From Candidatus Heimdallarchaeota archaeon (GTDB taxonomy: Archaea; Asgardarchaeota; Heimdallarchaeia; Heimdallarchaeales; Heimdallarchaeaceae): a DNA stretch of 24,000 nt. The notes beneath the pieces were generated by a model that saw only the letters and a list, made by a program, of their open reading frames with translations, was not told where the DNA came from and did no database searches. The stretch lies in NCBI GenBank assembly GCA_030608385.1, contig JAUWEG010000002.1:28879-52878 (forward strand), given 5' to 3'. Of this stretch, positions 23,071 to 24,000 are shown one piece after another. Positions within the stretch are counted from its first letter, which is position 1. Each line of letters begins with the position of its first letter. The position numbers were made by a program, and so were the translations under genes.

Positions 23071-23080
23071 TTTTAAATTA
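23071..23080 (+). promoter_or_regulatory. Candidate TATA-like box for the proteolipid gene, within the 161-nt divergent spacer shared with the ESCRT-III string
   Basis: TTTTAAATTA lies about 40 nt upstream of the ATG at 23119, and AGGTGA at 23107-23112 is a plausible ribosome-binding site. This is a positional argument only. Confidence 0.3.
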
Positions 23081-23118
23081 ACCTACGGTAATTGACCTTG
23101 TAAAATAGGTGAAATTGC

Positions 23119-23418
23119 ATGCGTTTTCAAAAGAAATCTAAAAGAAATTTTGCATTTATGACAATAATAACAAGTTTGGTGATTCTTGCTTCAAAAACTG
23201 CTTTAGCTCAAGATGGAGATTTAACTCCCATTGGTGCAGCACTAGCAGTTGGAATAGCTGGAATTGGAGCAAGCATAGGTATGGGTATGGCAGGTAGTGC
23301 AGCCATAGGTGCTATTGTGGAAAAACCTGAAGTTTTCGGAAAAGCTTTTCTCTTCATAGTGTTGATTGAAGCTGTGGCTATTTATGGTCTACTAGTAGCT
23401 ATCCTACTTGTATTCTAA
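23119..23418 (+). CDS. atpK: A/V-type ATP synthase proteolipid (subunit K/c), single hairpin, with an N-terminal signal-like extension
   Basis: 99 aa. GAALAVGIAGIGASIGMGMAGSAAIGAIVEKPE...FLFIVLIEAVAIYGLLVAILLVF has the Gly-rich helix 1 and the carboxylate Glu in helix 2. The N-terminus MRFQKKSKRNFAFMTIITSLVILASKTALAQD looks like a signal or anchor sequence. Confidence 0.8.
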   Translation: MRFQKKSKRNFAFMTIITSLVILASKTALAQDGDLTPIGAALAVGIAGIGASIGMGMAGSAAIGAIVEKPEVFGKAFLFIVLIEAVAIYGLLVAILLVF

Positions 23419-23444
23419 TCCCATCTCTTTACTCTCCTTTTTTT

Positions 23445-23825
23445 GTGATAATTATGACAGAAGAAAATAAGGCCTTAAAATCTCCAGCAGGGATTAAACT
23501 TGCGTCATTGAAGGATTTAGTGAGATTAGTTATTTCAAGTGTAGGACCTGATAGAATCGTTGGTTATATAGGGCATTTTAAGGAAGCAGATAGGACAATA
23601 TATTTCGTTTTTAATACAAGTCTAGGATATTACGAACTTAATGCACTTCCAATAATTGTGTGGACTGACGAAGAAGAAATGCCTACAAAATCATTCATAA
23701 GATATAAATCAGCAACAAATGAAACAATTGAATTCTCTAATGATGCAACAGATCCTAAATGGTTAAGCATACCAATTGTAAATTTTGAGATAATGCCTGA
23801 ATTTCTCAAAGTATGGAAGAATTAG
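23445..23825 (+). CDS. Hypothetical protein
   Basis: 126-aa ORF, or 123 aa from the ATG at 23454. Mixed alpha/beta composition, no motif recognised. It does not resemble ATP synthase subunit E, C or F. Confidence 0.4.
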   Translation: MIIMTEENKALKSPAGIKLASLKDLVRLVISSVGPDRIVGYIGHFKEADRTIYFVFNTSLGYYELNALPIIVWTDEEEMPTKSFIRYKSATNETIEFSNDATDPKWLSIPIVNFEIMPEFLKVWKN

Positions 23826-23844
23826 TGGCATAAGAACTAAGTTC

Positions 23845-24000
23845 TTAAAGTTCCCACATGTCATCAAATTCTTCACTTTTTCTTTGAATATCATCCAAAT
23901 GTCGTTTGAGCCTATGATGTTCACTGGTTAGTTTTCTTAATAATCCATCTATGCCTCTGGTACTTCGAGAACCATACCTTCTAGTTTCATTTAATCGATG
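23845..24000 (-). CDS. C-terminal 51 codons of an unidentified gene entering from the right window edge
   Basis: The reverse-strand frame is open from the window edge: HRLNETRRYGSRSTRGIDGLLRKLTSEHHRLKRHLDDIQRKSEEFDDMWEL, then TAA (complement of 23845-23847). It is too short to identify. Confidence 0.3.
   Translation of the reverse strand, partial: HRLNETRRYGSRSTRGIDGLLRKLTSEHHRLKRHLDDIQRKSEEFDDMWEL

Noticed and set aside
23119-23825. Treating atpK plus the following ORF as the start of a complete A-ATP synthase operon
   Set aside because: The 126-aa downstream protein has no resemblance to subunits E, C or F. The next sequence is a convergent minus-strand gene, and no subunit I or H lies upstream.

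Overview
Visibly AT-rich, densely coded archaeal-looking DNA with Shine-Dalgarno-led ATG, GTG and TTG starts, an A/V-type ATPase proteolipid and a PDCD5-like gene. The main feature is a eukaryote-type ubiquitin plus ESCRT locus at about 15.5-23.0 kb, arranged as two convergent gene strings. The plus string encodes a ubiquitin-like protein, an E1-like activator, a single-chain UEV/coiled-coil/Vps28 protein (ESCRT-I), a small helical orphan and an EAP30 (Vps22/36-like) ESCRT-II protein. The minus string encodes a CHMP1/Vps2-24-46-type ESCRT-III, an Snf7/Vps20-32-60-type ESCRT-III, a MIT-AAA Vps4 and a Vps25-like ESCRT-II protein. This gene content is the hallmark of Asgard (Loki-type) archaea. 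The class is therefore already known, and the points worth attention are locus-specific. The only UBC-fold protein keeps the HPN motif but has Ser at the catalytic Cys position and is fused to a full Vps28. The ubiquitin ends GG-Leu. No Cys-E2, E3 or DUB is visible in the window. Upstream lie a Rab-like small GTPase translationally coupled to a helical 103-aa protein, and a roughly 2.4 kb insertion-like segment. That segment is bracketed by two diverged copies of the 5' end of a PIG-L/LmbE deacetylase gene. It carries a gene made of 7 tandem 73-aa (219-nt) zinc-ribbon repeats whose C-terminal PD-(D/E)xK-like nuclease region is cut by a single in-frame TAA. The left third of the window is ordinary metabolism: hutI, two divergently arranged MIO-type histidine ammonia-lyase paralogs, a metallophosphoesterase, a DegT-type aminotransferase, an ATP-NAD kinase-family gene and membrane proteins. 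No rRNA, tRNA or CRISPR array was recognised. All calls come from reading motifs by eye; no database search was possible.
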